A stretch of DNA of 64,000 bases, taken from positions 351 to 64,350 of IMG/VR virus record IMGVR_UViG_3300039208_000195. One strand, written 5' to 3'. The stretch is from a virus. Positions within the stretch are counted from its first letter, which is position 1, and each line of letters opens with the position of its first letter. The notes under the pieces are model-generated. The model made no database searches. It was not told the origin of the DNA and worked only from the letters and a program-made list of their open reading frames with translations. Shown in pieces: positions 1 through 9,096 of the stretch. The position numbers were made by a program, and so were the translations under genes.

Positions 1-139
1 GGGTATAAACAATAGACTCCTCACAGAGTGAGGAGACTACTTAAGGGTCCCTAATACACACTTTGGCAGATCTGAAAGTGTTAGGGGACGATCTCATATA
101 TTACCTGGCTCACTTAGAGTAGAGAGGGGAAGATAGTCC

Positions 140-168
140 TTGACAGACTATGAGTGATCCCGTATAGT
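140..168 (+). promoter_or_regulatory. sigma70-type promoter
   Basis: TTGACA(140-145)-17 nt-TATAGT(163-168); the -35 lies in the loop of an ATAGTC/GACTAT inverted repeat; an AGGAGG RBS and ORF 188 follow. Confidence 0.7.
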
Positions 169-187
169 TAGAGTCTAGGAGGAAAGT

Positions 188-373
188 ATGGGATCTGTGG
201 AGAAAGCTATGAGGGACCTGGACCATCTGAACTTGATTAGCTCTGAGGAGCTTACTCAGAACCGAAGGGTGTTTACCAATCTCCTTGGTACTGCTCTCAG
301 TGACCAGGGGAGACAGGTGTACCAAGACGCTATCATTGCTATTGATGAAGAGCTACTGAAAAGGGATATGTAA
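188..373 (+). CDS. hypothetical protein (61 aa)
   Basis: ORF with a strong AGGAGG RBS downstream of a promoter. Confidence 0.7.
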   Translation: MGSVEKAMRDLDHLNLISSEELTQNRRVFTNLLGTALSDQGRQVYQDAIIAIDEELLKRDM

Positions 374-375
374 AT

Positions 376-543
376 ATGTACGAACTACATACTGACAGAG
401 CAGGACGGTCGATCCTGTACTTTAACAAGTTCGCTATCTGGGAGGGCTACGTCTCTTCCCTGGATTTAGAGGGACTGTTCCAAGCGATCCGTCTTAATGT
501 GAGCATTACTAAAGATGATCCTGATGAGGATGTTCCTTTCTAG
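376..543 (+). CDS. 55-aa protein ending in acidic DDPDEDVPF (not in ORF track)
   Basis: Hand translation: MYELHTDRAGRSILYFNKFAIWEGYVSSLDLEGLFQAIRLNVSITKDDPDEDVPF*, directly after ORF 188-373. Confidence 0.6.
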   Translation: MYELHTDRAGRSILYFNKFAIWEGYVSSLDLEGLFQAIRLNVSITKDDPDEDVPF

Positions 544-563
544 GACGGTTGAGAATTTTCGCA

Positions 564-611
564 TTGCGCCCCCAGATTTTTGGTACGTGAGGGTGTTTTT
601 TGCGCCCCCAG
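564..611. repeat. 12-bp direct repeat TTGCGCCCCCAG x2
   Basis: Copies at 564-575 and 600-611 in non-coding DNA upstream of promoter 628. Confidence 0.8.
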
Positions 612-627
612 TTTTATAGGGGTTTTG

Positions 628-656
628 TTGACATTACGTAGGGATCATCGTATTAT
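628..656 (+). promoter_or_regulatory. sigma70-type promoter
   Basis: TTGACA-17 nt-TATTAT. Confidence 0.75.
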
Positions 657-731
657 TGGGTGGACATGCCTCAATGTTGTTGGCAGTTCGCTAGCGTATT
701 AGAAGGTGATGTACCAATTAAAGCCATTTAG

Positions 732-1136
732 ATGGCAGTTTGTGAGGACTTGAGAATTATGGACAATCCGACAGGATCTATTAGTATTGAGCAGGAACCT
801 GTGGCAGAGCAGGAGGAAGTGGCGGTTCCCCTAATTGGCGGAGAGATGGCCGAGCAGGACATCAAGGCTAACTTCAACGCGCTTCTGTACTTGATGACAG
901 AGCAAATGGCAGTTCAGCTGAAGATGATGGACCTTATGATCCGCAAGGAGATGGTCACGCCAGAGGAAATGAACGACGAGGTGCTGTACGTCACGGGAGA
1001 TCAGGAAGGTCTCACCGAGATTTACAATGAGATGTTCACCCGCTTCGTTGGATACTTCGCAGCACTGAAGAAGCTGCACGAGGATGGACGGATTTTCGAA
1101 GCAGAGGTGCAAACCCCTGTTTCTGAAGAGGTTTAA
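732..1136 (+). CDS. hypothetical acidic protein
   Basis: 134-aa ORF in co-oriented gene series; true start may be downstream. Confidence 0.7.
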   Translation: MAVCEDLRIMDNPTGSISIEQEPVAEQEEVAVPLIGGEMAEQDIKANFNALLYLMTEQMAVQLKMMDLMIRKEMVTPEEMNDEVLYVTGDQEGLTEIYNEMFTRFVGYFAALKKLHEDGRIFEAEVQTPVSEEV

Positions 1137-1137
1137 T

Positions 1138-1422
1138 ATGCGGACGTATTACCTGCGTAGTATGACTGGAGCTTGCCAGAAGGTCACCATGACCCCGCAA
1201 GCTACCGGCATTAAAGAGAAATTTGCAGTCTGGGTGTTCAGGAAGCTGGCACCGCGTTTCACCTACATCCTACGAGGGGATGTTCTAGATATCGTAGAGC
1301 GCGCAGCGCTTGAGGAAGAGTGGGAAGAAGTTTTGGCAGCCCGCCCCGAAAATCGTGTCGAGGACATCTACCGAGTCCAGGTTGAGATGGACGAAGAGAC
1401 TGGAGGCATCAGTGGACTTTAA
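1138..1422 (+). CDS. hypothetical protein
   Basis: ATG 1138 directly follows the previous stop. Confidence 0.65.
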   Translation: MRTYYLRSMTGACQKVTMTPQATGIKEKFAVWVFRKLAPRFTYILRGDVLDIVERAALEEEWEEVLAARPENRVEDIYRVQVEMDEETGGISGL

Positions 1423-1429
1423 TAAGCTT

Positions 1430-1681
1430 ATGACAGAGGAGCTGAGTAAAGCTCGGGAGAAGAATATGTTCGTGGCTAAGCCCGAACAATTCCCCGGGCC
1501 GTACCACGCCGAGATTAGTATCGACGAAGAGACTGACTTGAACGAGGAATTTGGACCTCAGCAAGTACAGTCTCTTTTAGGTTTAGTGGTTGATTCTCCC
1601 CTATCGAAGGCTTTGTCCGATGCTGAAGATGATGCAGATGCGGTGCGACACCTGAACCGCTTAAAATATAGGGGTGGTTGA
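1430..1681 (+). CDS. hypothetical protein
   Basis: In-frame ATG at 1430 after the previous stop. Confidence 0.6.
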   Translation: MTEELSKAREKNMFVAKPEQFPGPYHAEISIDEETDLNEEFGPQQVQSLLGLVVDSPLSKALSDAEDDADAVRHLNRLKYRGG

Positions 1682-1717
1682 AAAATAACCTAGAGTTATA
1701 GAGCTTCAGAGGGGAAG

Positions 1718-1891
1718 ATGGGATTCGAGAGACCATCTACGACTGAAGTCCAGAAGAAAGATCTTCGACGTGTCTATGGCCTGAGCGAAAGACTGTCCAA
1801 CTATGTGGACGATCCTTACCTCGACGAGTTACAGGAACTGGTACGCAAGATGCTCCGGATGGACGACAAACGACACGAGCCCATGGATTAG
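1718..1891 (+). CDS. hypothetical protein (57 aa, not in ORF track)
   Basis: AGAGGGGAAG RBS-like motif then MGFERPSTTE...HEPMD*. Confidence 0.5.
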   Translation: MGFERPSTTEVQKKDLRRVYGLSERLSNYVDDPYLDELQELVRKMLRMDDKRHEPMD

Positions 1892-1959
1892 TAGGGGCTG
1901 TCTCCCTTAAAAACCTAAGGATTGGTTTTTGAAGCCTGTGTTGTATCTGGAGGGGGAAA

Positions 1960-2793
1960 ATGACTACAGTACGGCCTTCGGGGCTATCAGGGCTCTTCCC
2001 TGCATCCTCAGGGTCGTACATGGAAGCCAATGCGGGATATTTAGGGGTCACTGAGGCCAACTACCGCTCGGTTTCTCTCTGGGTCAAAGTACCAGTCGCT
2101 TCTGGTATCCCCGAGCAGTCTACCACAGGTGCTCTGGTCTACTGGGGATCAGACAGTGTCTCTGGGGGAACCCACGGACGCGCCTGGAGCATCGAGCTTA
2201 AAAACGGGAAGCCCCGATTGTGGATTCGCGGGGCGCATATGACGGCCGACGCTGTCGCTGATCCAAGGTCCGTTGTAGACGACGGAGAGTGGCATTTAAT
2301 CACCTGGCAGTTCCAGGAAGGTACCAACATCGAGGACGTTGAATTATTCATCGACGACTTCGGTCCAGTGGACACTGTAGTGTTCGGAGTTGGTACTGGG
2401 ATCTTTACAACCAACGCCGCGGCACCATATACCCTCGGCGCAAGAAATTTGGGGGCCGCACCTCACTACTTCATTGAAAGAGATTACCAGCTAGACCACG
2501 TAGCGGTTTGGCGAGGAAAATTAGAAAGTGCGGACGTAGCTTTCCTCTGGAACAGGGGATACGACGGTGGAACTGGTCTAGCGACCACTGGTACGGACGG
2601 ACAACCGGATCAGGGATTTTCACCGGCCGCTCTGAGCGGTACAATTGAGTTAGAGTCCTGGCACACGTTTAATGTCCCCTACGAATGGACGGATGAGATC
2701 TTTGATTCCACCGCCGAGGTTGGAAAGTCCATGGACGTAATTAACGGAGCCACCTGGGTTCACGACACCCCAGCATCAGGTATTTTCGGATGA
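1960..2793 (+). CDS. LamG/concanavalin-A-like domain virion protein
   Basis: SVSLWVK, DDGEWHLIT and LDHVAVW-x-G-L motifs typical of LamG domains. Confidence 0.75.
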   Translation: MTTVRPSGLSGLFPASSGSYMEANAGYLGVTEANYRSVSLWVKVPVASGIPEQSTTGALVYWGSDSVSGGTHGRAWSIELKNGKPRLWIRGAHMTADAVADPRSVVDDGEWHLITWQFQEGTNIEDVELFIDDFGPVDTVVFGVGTGIFTTNAAAPYTLGARNLGAAPHYFIERDYQLDHVAVWRGKLESADVAFLWNRGYDGGTGLATTGTDGQPDQGFSPAALSGTIELESWHTFNVPYEWTDEIFDSTAEVGKSMDVINGATWVHDTPASGIFG

Positions 2794-3560
2794 CAGTAAC
2801 CAACGACAAAGCTTTGGCGATTAACGGGGTCGATGAGCAGCTAGAAACTATTATCACAGACCTGTGGGGGATTGAGAACGTCTATACGTTCTCCTTCTGG
2901 ATTAAACCCTCCCAGTTCTTCCCAGAGCCTCTCTCAGGAGACCACCGGTGCCTCGCACATTTACGAGGCACCACTAGACGCGGTGAGATCTTGGTTTGGG
3001 GCGCAAGAATTGAAGGTGCCAAATACGAAGAGGAGATTTACGTAGAACTCTACGACTCCTTAGGCCAAAGGGCACGCATCTTCCGCTTTAACACAGTGCA
3101 GAAGAGAAATGAGTGGAGACACTTCAGCTTCACTTGGGACGGGACCTCGTTGATAGGATATGATCAGGGGTCTCCCGTCCAAGATGTAGCGGTCGTTTTC
3201 AGCGGCGGCGATAATGTTCTGACCTCACCCGCAGAGGGACGCAGATTCCGCGTAGGAAGCCTCATAGAGGACACAGGACCCTTGCTCGCTGGGTGGTCAG
3301 GCACTATCGGACATACCGCCGTATGGAACACCCCTCTCGCACCAGAGGAGCTTGGTGTAGTTGTTTCTGGAGGATTCGGATTGAATCTCCAGGCGAATTC
3401 CGGAGCTTACGTCAGCAGCGCAAACCTTGCGCATTGGTACAAGCCTGGAGATAATTTCCCTGATGTTGGTCAGGATTACGCTGGAGCCATTTCACTAACC
3501 AGCGGTACCAACGCAACAGCTACGGGTATTAACAACGTAATTACAGACTTCCCGTCTTAA
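2790..3560 (+). CDS. LamG/concanavalin-A-like domain virion protein
   Basis: TFSFWIK, NEWRHFSFTWDG, GTIGHTAVWNTPL; paralogous to 17636-18466. Confidence 0.8.
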   Translation: MTVTNDKALAINGVDEQLETIITDLWGIENVYTFSFWIKPSQFFPEPLSGDHRCLAHLRGTTRRGEILVWGARIEGAKYEEEIYVELYDSLGQRARIFRFNTVQKRNEWRHFSFTWDGTSLIGYDQGSPVQDVAVVFSGGDNVLTSPAEGRRFRVGSLIEDTGPLLAGWSGTIGHTAVWNTPLAPEELGVVVSGGFGLNLQANSGAYVSSANLAHWYKPGDNFPDVGQDYAGAISLTSGTNATATGINNVITDFPS

Positions 3561-3606
3561 TGCGACAATGATTCCCGCAGCACAAACCCAATCAGGAGGA
3601 TGACAA

Positions 3607-3768
3607 ATGGCAAAAGCGGCAGCGGACAGTATTTGTTGGGACTCCTACTACCTAGAGCTTTATGACAACAAGCAGGAAGAGAAGGAGCGTCATCAGCTTC
3701 TCCTAGAAGCAGGTTCAAAGGCACGGGCAGCTATCGAGGAATTTCTAAATGGAGCGGAAGAGGACTAG
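3607..3768 (+). CDS. hypothetical protein (53 aa, not in ORF track)
   Basis: AGGAGG RBS upstream; fills the gap between neighbouring genes. Confidence 0.5.
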   Translation: MAKAAADSICWDSYYLELYDNKQEEKERHQLLLEAGSKARAAIEEFLNGAEED

Positions 3769-4159
3769 TTACTACGACGAGTTTATTAAGGAGACTCGGA
3801 AGATTATTCGCGAACAAGATCAATCTGTGAGTACAGGGGAAATTGTACGCGAAATAGAAAGCCACATTGGTGGCCAAGAGGAAAAGGAAAGAAGAGAAAT
3901 GAGCGATCTAGATTTTGTAGACGAGTATGCTATCGAAGAGATGGACACTCTCGATAAGATCCCCATGGAAGATAAGATCATCATGGCGCGTGAGGAAGAG
4001 TACCCCTCAGCCAGAGAACTTACCCCCGGCGAGATCTCGCGTATTGTGAACAACGCTTTGCGAGATCTCCCGGAATCTCTGGTCGAAGAGAGTGGCTCTG
4101 AAATTAGCGACGCGATGTTTGACGTAGCCTATGCGGTTATGAATGAACTGACGGAGTAG
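3749..4159 (+). CDS. hypothetical acidic protein
   Basis: ORF in co-oriented series. Confidence 0.65.
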   Translation: MERKRTSYYDEFIKETRKIIREQDQSVSTGEIVREIESHIGGQEEKERREMSDLDFVDEYAIEEMDTLDKIPMEDKIIMAREEEYPSARELTPGEISRIVNNALRDLPESLVEESGSEISDAMFDVAYAVMNELTE

Positions 4160-4161
4160 AT

Positions 4162-4344
4162 ATGACTTGGGCAGATAAGGACAGAGTAGTGATTCCCCTA
4201 CTCCCTATCGACGAAGAGGCCGAGCAGCTGGTAGACGAGCTTTTTACCAAAGAGCGACAAGCTCGGGAGCCTGTGACACGACGGGAGCTGAAGCGCGCTT
4301 ATGACGCCTCAATCCTAGACGAAGTGTACGCTCCGAAAAAGTGA
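4162..4344 (+). CDS. hypothetical protein
   Basis: Abuts the previous stop; GGAG RBS. Confidence 0.6.
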   Translation: MTWADKDRVVIPLLPIDEEAEQLVDELFTKERQAREPVTRRELKRAYDASILDEVYAPKK

Positions 4345-4468
4345 CGAGAAGTACCAAAATTATCGCGCGGTAAGAAAACAATAGTGGGGAGTCCCCAGAT
4401 GCTTTTAGAGAGGGAGGAATACCCTATCTGCATCTGTACTCGCTTTCCCAATACAAAGGGATGGCATA

Positions 4469-4777
4469 ATGCAAAGAGAGGATATAGACGAGCACGTAAC
4501 GGAAGCTGTATCTTGTCCTGTATTAGCAAGGAGACTATCTAAGGTAGTGTCCGAGATTGAGGATACGGTCCCAGGGGACAAGACTAGGGAAATGATGTAT
4601 GACCTAGTGGATATAGTTTTACAGATGGGACAACGTGTGAGAGCTTTAGAGACGCGGGTGGCGTATGCGAATGTCCAGGAAGCTTTGAGTGTGAAGGACG
4701 CGCATCAGCCAAAGCGCAAGATTGATTATGGGAAGGATTTTCCTAGTGAGGAGGATCACGCAGAGCACCGTAACTAA
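4469..4777 (+). CDS. hypothetical protein
   Basis: 102-aa ORF with AAAGGGA upstream. Confidence 0.6.
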   Translation: MQREDIDEHVTEAVSCPVLARRLSKVVSEIEDTVPGDKTREMMYDLVDIVLQMGQRVRALETRVAYANVQEALSVKDAHQPKRKIDYGKDFPSEEDHAEHRN

Positions 4778-4888
4778 TCTGATATTGACAAAGAGCAGGA
4801 ATAGTGTTAAAGGGGAAATGGGAACAAAGACCCTCGAAAAAAATTTTTCTAAACCACAGGCAGCTCGCTCAAGGGAAAGAGCCGCGGG

Positions 4889-4917
4889 TTGACATACTCC
4901 CCTAAAACATATATAAT
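4889..4917 (+). promoter_or_regulatory. consensus sigma70 promoter
   Basis: TTGACA(4889-94)-17 nt-TATAAT(4912-17), intergenic. Confidence 0.85.
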
Positions 4918-5093
4918 TGGAACAGGAGAAAGTCCTTGAATGAACGGCCCTTATACCGGTATACCATGGATATACTGATAGACGAGGAATGTAGCCTCTG
5001 GGGACAATCTCTATGGTACAAGGGCGCAAGCGACGGCAACACCTGGATGTCTCAGGTTTGCCACAAAATGATTGAAGCTTACAAGAGGAGTAA

Positions 5094-5402
5094 TTGATGA
5101 ATTTTACAGATCTTTATTTCCCCATGGTAGCGGCGTTTGTAACCGCTAGCATCTTTATGGAGTTCTTGCACTTCCTTCTAGGACTGTGGCTAGCGAAGCG
5201 ACAGGCTAAGCAGCAGGAAGCCTATTACGCTCAAATGGCTGAGAAGCTCGGTGTAAACACCGAGGATTTCATGAAGAGTATGGAGAACAGCATGGCTGGG
5301 GGAATGGGCGGAATGCCCATGATGTTCGATATCCCAGGTGACGCAGGTGCTCAGCTTACCGCCAGCGGGACTGAAGATAAGGGCCACGGACAGTACATTT
5401 AA
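5094..5402 (+). CDS. single-pass membrane protein
   Basis: N-terminal hydrophobic helix; GAGGAG RBS. Confidence 0.7.
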   Translation: MMNFTDLYFPMVAAFVTASIFMEFLHFLLGLWLAKRQAKQQEAYYAQMAEKLGVNTEDFMKSMENSMAGGMGGMPMMFDIPGDAGAQLTASGTEDKGHGQYI

Positions 5403-5755
5403 TGTAATACCCGTCTTACGTATTACGTAACGAAATACGAACGTCAAAAGGCGAGGACACTTATGGCAAAACGGGCGATGCTTAGTTACATGAGGGAAGT
5501 GCTAGACGAGCACACAATTCCCCTAGAAGATATGGGCGCAGGTATGATCGAAGCCGTGTGGCTTATTCTTATGATCAACGAAGCGGAACGGGTCTACAAT
5601 TCGGATGATTCCTAAAGACCAACCGCCAATGTTGGATTATGTAACAAAGATGATGCTCTTAGAGGTAGTACGGGCGATTGTAGAGCAGGACGTTCCTGCT
5701 GCTATGTGGATTGAGGAATACCTGACCCAAGTACACCACAGATGGAGAGAACTAG

Positions 5756-6067
5756 ATGGACTCAACAAATGACCCCATCCACAAGCGACTAGGAGACTTC
5801 TGCGAGGAGCAGGGATTTACCTTCGTCGGTATCAGCGACGAGAAGGAAGTCTTTCTTTCGTTCTCTGACGGTACGCCCCAGGAGAAGATCCTGGCAGCTA
5901 AGGTGGCCGTCAAGGAACAGTTTGGTGAGGAGATCACCACAGTAGCTACTGTCGTGTCAGTTTCCATGGAGGAAGTGACTCAGATGGTAGATGGACTTAA
6001 CGCAGCGCTAGCTGATCTAGAAAAGGAAGAGGAAAAACCACAATTACTTGACATCGGGAGTTTCTAA
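5756..6067 (+). CDS. hypothetical protein
   Basis: ORF coupled to the next gene (TAATG). Confidence 0.7.
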   Translation: MDSTNDPIHKRLGDFCEEQGFTFVGISDEKEVFLSFSDGTPQEKILAAKVAVKEQFGEEITTVATVVSVSMEEVTQMVDGLNAALADLEKEEEKPQLLDIGSF

Positions 6068-6594
6068 TGAAAAAAGCCTTACTCGGACTGGCATTAATCA
6101 TTTCCCTAGCGGCAGCGTTTGCTGCGGGTAACTACAAAGGATATGGTGATGCTTACTCCGCGTGGGAGCTTAAGGTTGAGGAAACTCGCCAGATGCTGAC
6201 AGAGGGAACCTACCACATGGCCTGGACCAATACCAGAGCTTGTGTATTGGCTCTAGACAGCGAGGTAATGAGGTTCCTGTCCGCACCTACCCCAGCTGGA
6301 CTTAAAGAGGTTAGAGCGCGACAGGGAGCGTGTCAGCAGCATTGGGATCTTCTCTTCAAGTACTCCCCAGACGATCCTGAGGAGTACAGGAATATTGACG
6401 AAGCTAGGTTCATGTTCGACAACTGGCAGATGCAGATTGAGCACATCCTAGAACTCCAAGTGACTATGCTCACGGCCTTAAATGCAGGCCGTGAGGGTCA
6501 GGCAGTTCATATCTTTGAAGCACTGCGTGAGGAGCGTGTAGAGTCTGCTAAGTTTAGAGACCACATTGAACGAGAGCTATTTGAGGCCTGGTAA
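6067..6594 (+). CDS. exported/membrane-anchored helical protein
   Basis: Signal-peptide-like N terminus MKKALLGLALIISLAAAFA. Confidence 0.65.
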   Translation: MKKALLGLALIISLAAAFAAGNYKGYGDAYSAWELKVEETRQMLTEGTYHMAWTNTRACVLALDSEVMRFLSAPTPAGLKEVRARQGACQQHWDLLFKYSPDDPEEYRNIDEARFMFDNWQMQIEHILELQVTMLTALNAGREGQAVHIFEALREERVESAKFRDHIERELFEAW

Positions 6595-6851
6595 TGCCAA
6601 CTGTACAAGAACACGAGAGTCTGATTAAAGGGATTGACCGTCTCTTGGTTGAGGAAGGTGAAAACGCCGGACAGTGGCGTGCTGTGACCAAGAGCGCAAA
6701 AGATTTACTTCTCGCTGGCGGACTACCCAACACCGAGAACCACTGGAACTACATTCTTCACGTAATGAAGACAACCTACCCTGACAGTACCTGGGAGAGG
6801 GGCTCCCGGGACGAAGGTTGGGTGGTACGAGTTAGGATACGAACAAAATGA
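6594..6851 (+). CDS. hypothetical protein
   Basis: Translationally coupled on both sides. Confidence 0.65.
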   Translation: MPTVQEHESLIKGIDRLLVEEGENAGQWRAVTKSAKDLLLAGGLPNTENHWNYILHVMKTTYPDSTWERGSRDEGWVVRVRIRTK

Positions 6852-7321
6852 CCGAAGAAGTTAACCATCTCACGTTGGGCATGATTAAGCCCCACATCGT
6901 TAGAGAGCGTAAGGTTGGCGAAATCATTTCCAGAATTGAGGAAGCGGGATTTGCCATTCTCAATGTTAAGTCCGTACAGCTTCGCAAGGAAGGTGCTGAA
7001 ACCTTCTACGCTGAGCACAAGGGTAAGGATTTCTACGACAATCTTTGTAACGTAATGTCATCAGGTCCTGTATGGGCAATGGTGCTTTACAAGCATGATG
7101 CGGCCAATGAATTTCGTAAGTTCATCGGAGCAACCAATCCGGCGGAGGCAGAAGAGGGTACCATCCGGCACGACTTCGGAGATCACTCCAATCTGACCAA
7201 CAACGCTATTCACGGGTCAGCCAACGACGCAGACGCTCCCAGAGAGATTATGTTCTTCTTCGCAAGCGACCTAAACAGATCGAGAGTCATAGATGCACTT
7301 GATAACCAACAAAGAGTATAG
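6848..7321 (+). CDS. ndk: nucleoside diphosphate kinase
   Basis: TLGMIKPH, FYAEHKGK-FY, GATNPAEAEEGTIRHDFG, NAIHGSA (catalytic His). Confidence 0.95.
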   Translation: MTEEVNHLTLGMIKPHIVRERKVGEIISRIEEAGFAILNVKSVQLRKEGAETFYAEHKGKDFYDNLCNVMSSGPVWAMVLYKHDAANEFRKFIGATNPAEAEEGTIRHDFGDHSNLTNNAIHGSANDADAPREIMFFFASDLNRSRVIDALDNQQRV

Positions 7322-7802
7322 TAAAGCAGATTTTGACAAACGGCTCCGTTTTGAAACGGAGCCCGTTGATTCTGTAACACCAGTTTTACAACAGCTAGCA
7401 GTAGACTTGCTCGAGGAGATGTACAATCTCAACGCCATAGGTTTGGCTGCGAATCAGGTGGGACTTCGGATGAGACTGTGTGTAATCGATCCAGCTTACA
7501 TGCAGGGCGAGAAGATGCCCATTGCTATGTTTAATCCTGAAGTTGTTGAACACGGAGAGGAGTTTTTTGTTTCCCCAGAAGGGTGCCTAAGTCTTCCAGA
7601 CATGGGCGTCCGTGTTAACAGGTTTCGAAACACAAAGGTTAAGTTTTTAGGATTAGATGGTAAGGAGTACACTATCCAAGATGATAACAGTCTACTATCC
7701 TCAGTCATTCAGCATGAGATAGATCATCTTGACGGTATTATCATGACAGACAGAGTTCCTGAAGCTGCGGAGGTGCACTACAAAAATACCCCAACGTCAT
7801 GA
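7293..7802 (+). CDS. def: peptide deformylase
   Basis: All three PDF motifs: IGLAANQVG, EGCLS, QHEIDHLDG. Confidence 0.95.
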   Translation: MHLITNKEYSKADFDKRLRFETEPVDSVTPVLQQLAVDLLEEMYNLNAIGLAANQVGLRMRLCVIDPAYMQGEKMPIAMFNPEVVEHGEEFFVSPEGCLSLPDMGVRVNRFRNTKVKFLGLDGKEYTIQDDNSLLSSVIQHEIDHLDGIIMTDRVPEAAEVHYKNTPTS

Positions 7803-7820
7803 AAGTGGGAGTCTAAAAGA

Positions 7821-8186
7821 ATGAGTACCATCCTGTTGTGGAAAGATATGCACGAAGTGGCGGATAAAGTTTGCGCCCACTTTGGTTTATCCTACGGTAA
7901 GATCATGCCAGAGACTAAGAAGCTGGCTAAGTATTACGGTGCGTGTTGGCCGTGCAAGAAATGTATTGACGCAGAACATATTGATGAACGTAATTGTAGT
8001 GAGAAGATTATTTACATCAGGATTCATGTGCTAAATAAACCGAACAAACCTCTTGCTCGGAAAACAATCCTTCAAACGCTTGCACATGAATTGGCCCACT
8101 TGAAAGAGTGGGACCACGGTAGGGCGTTTGATGAGTTCGAGTATGATATCATGGATTATATGAGGCATCTCGGCTACGAGGTATAG
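7821..8186 (+). CDS. zincin-type metallopeptidase-like protein (WLM/SprT-like)
   Basis: TLAHELAHLKEWDHGRAF (HExxH...H) plus a CxxCxxC insert. Confidence 0.7.
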   Translation: MSTILLWKDMHEVADKVCAHFGLSYGKIMPETKKLAKYYGACWPCKKCIDAEHIDERNCSEKIIYIRIHVLNKPNKPLARKTILQTLAHELAHLKEWDHGRAFDEFEYDIMDYMRHLGYEV

Positions 8187-8696
8187 GTGAAAAAAATCGT
8201 GAAGTATTCAGCGATTCTTTTGGCCGTCATTGCTATTGTTTGTATAAGCTGTACCACAGGGGCTACTAGCGTTCAGAAGCTAGGAGGTAATCCTGCGGTA
8301 GTGTCTATGGGCAATACTATCGGAATGAGCATCTCAAAGTTGCGGGAAGCATTGGGCCCTCCAGAGGAGGAGGGTATTTGCAAAACTCCCGCAATGGTAG
8401 AAGGGCGTCGCGCCATGGTTCAGGGTACATCTTTGGCTTGGACCCATGCGGTAGAGTTACCGCAGATTGGTTACATGGGCGAATATGGCATTATGACTTG
8501 CATGGTCAAGGATATTGCCGTAGCGGAGCACCGAGAGTGGCAGGAATTTAGACAAGGTATGCTTTCTAGCGGGGTAACAGACCGCGTAGATACCGGACTA
8601 ACCCAAGCCATTATCGATGGGAGGATTAAGGCGGACGAAGAGCCTGACCCTCTCGACAAATTAATCGATCCGACCGCACCTAAATTTGAAATTTAG
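8187..8696 (+). CDS. putative lipoprotein
   Basis: MKK + hydrophobic stretch + CISC lipobox-like motif. Confidence 0.55.
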   Translation: MKKIVKYSAILLAVIAIVCISCTTGATSVQKLGGNPAVVSMGNTIGMSISKLREALGPPEEEGICKTPAMVEGRRAMVQGTSLAWTHAVELPQIGYMGEYGIMTCMVKDIAVAEHREWQEFRQGMLSSGVTDRVDTGLTQAIIDGRIKADEEPDPLDKLIDPTAPKFEI

Positions 8697-8714
8697 GACG
8701 AGATTGCATATAAT
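8686..8714 (+). promoter_or_regulatory. sigma70-type promoter
   Basis: TTGAAA-17 nt-TATAAT(TG). Confidence 0.6.
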
Positions 8715-8787
8715 TGCATTACGGTGATTTATGACGGCACGCTACTTAACATATTTCAAAGTTGGGGCCAAAGGGCCTTGGCTTTAA

Positions 8788-9096
8788 GTGCATTTGGAGT
8801 TAGATATGGTAGACGAGAAGAAGGGTACCGGGACTTACGTCGAGGGCATTAAACACGACGACGGTACCATCACCACCACTGAACATGGTTTTACTTTCAC
8901 TCAAGAGAATGGCCAGGAATTGGCTTTCGATCTCCACGAGATGGACGGGATCGGCACAGCACTCTTGTTTGGAAACCAGATCTTCTTTCTGAAGTTTTGG
9001 GAGGATGAGCACCTTGACAAGGCGTTAGAGGTATTCACCGCCGCTGTGCAGAAGGAAAAGGATTTACGAAATGACTCTGGAACAAAGGCCGATTAA
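8788..9096 (+). CDS. hypothetical protein
   Basis: ORF in series; start uncertain. Confidence 0.6.
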   Translation: MHLELDMVDEKKGTGTYVEGIKHDDGTITTTEHGFTFTQENGQELAFDLHEMDGIGTALLFGNQIFFLKFWEDEHLDKALEVFTAAVQKEKDLRNDSGTKAD

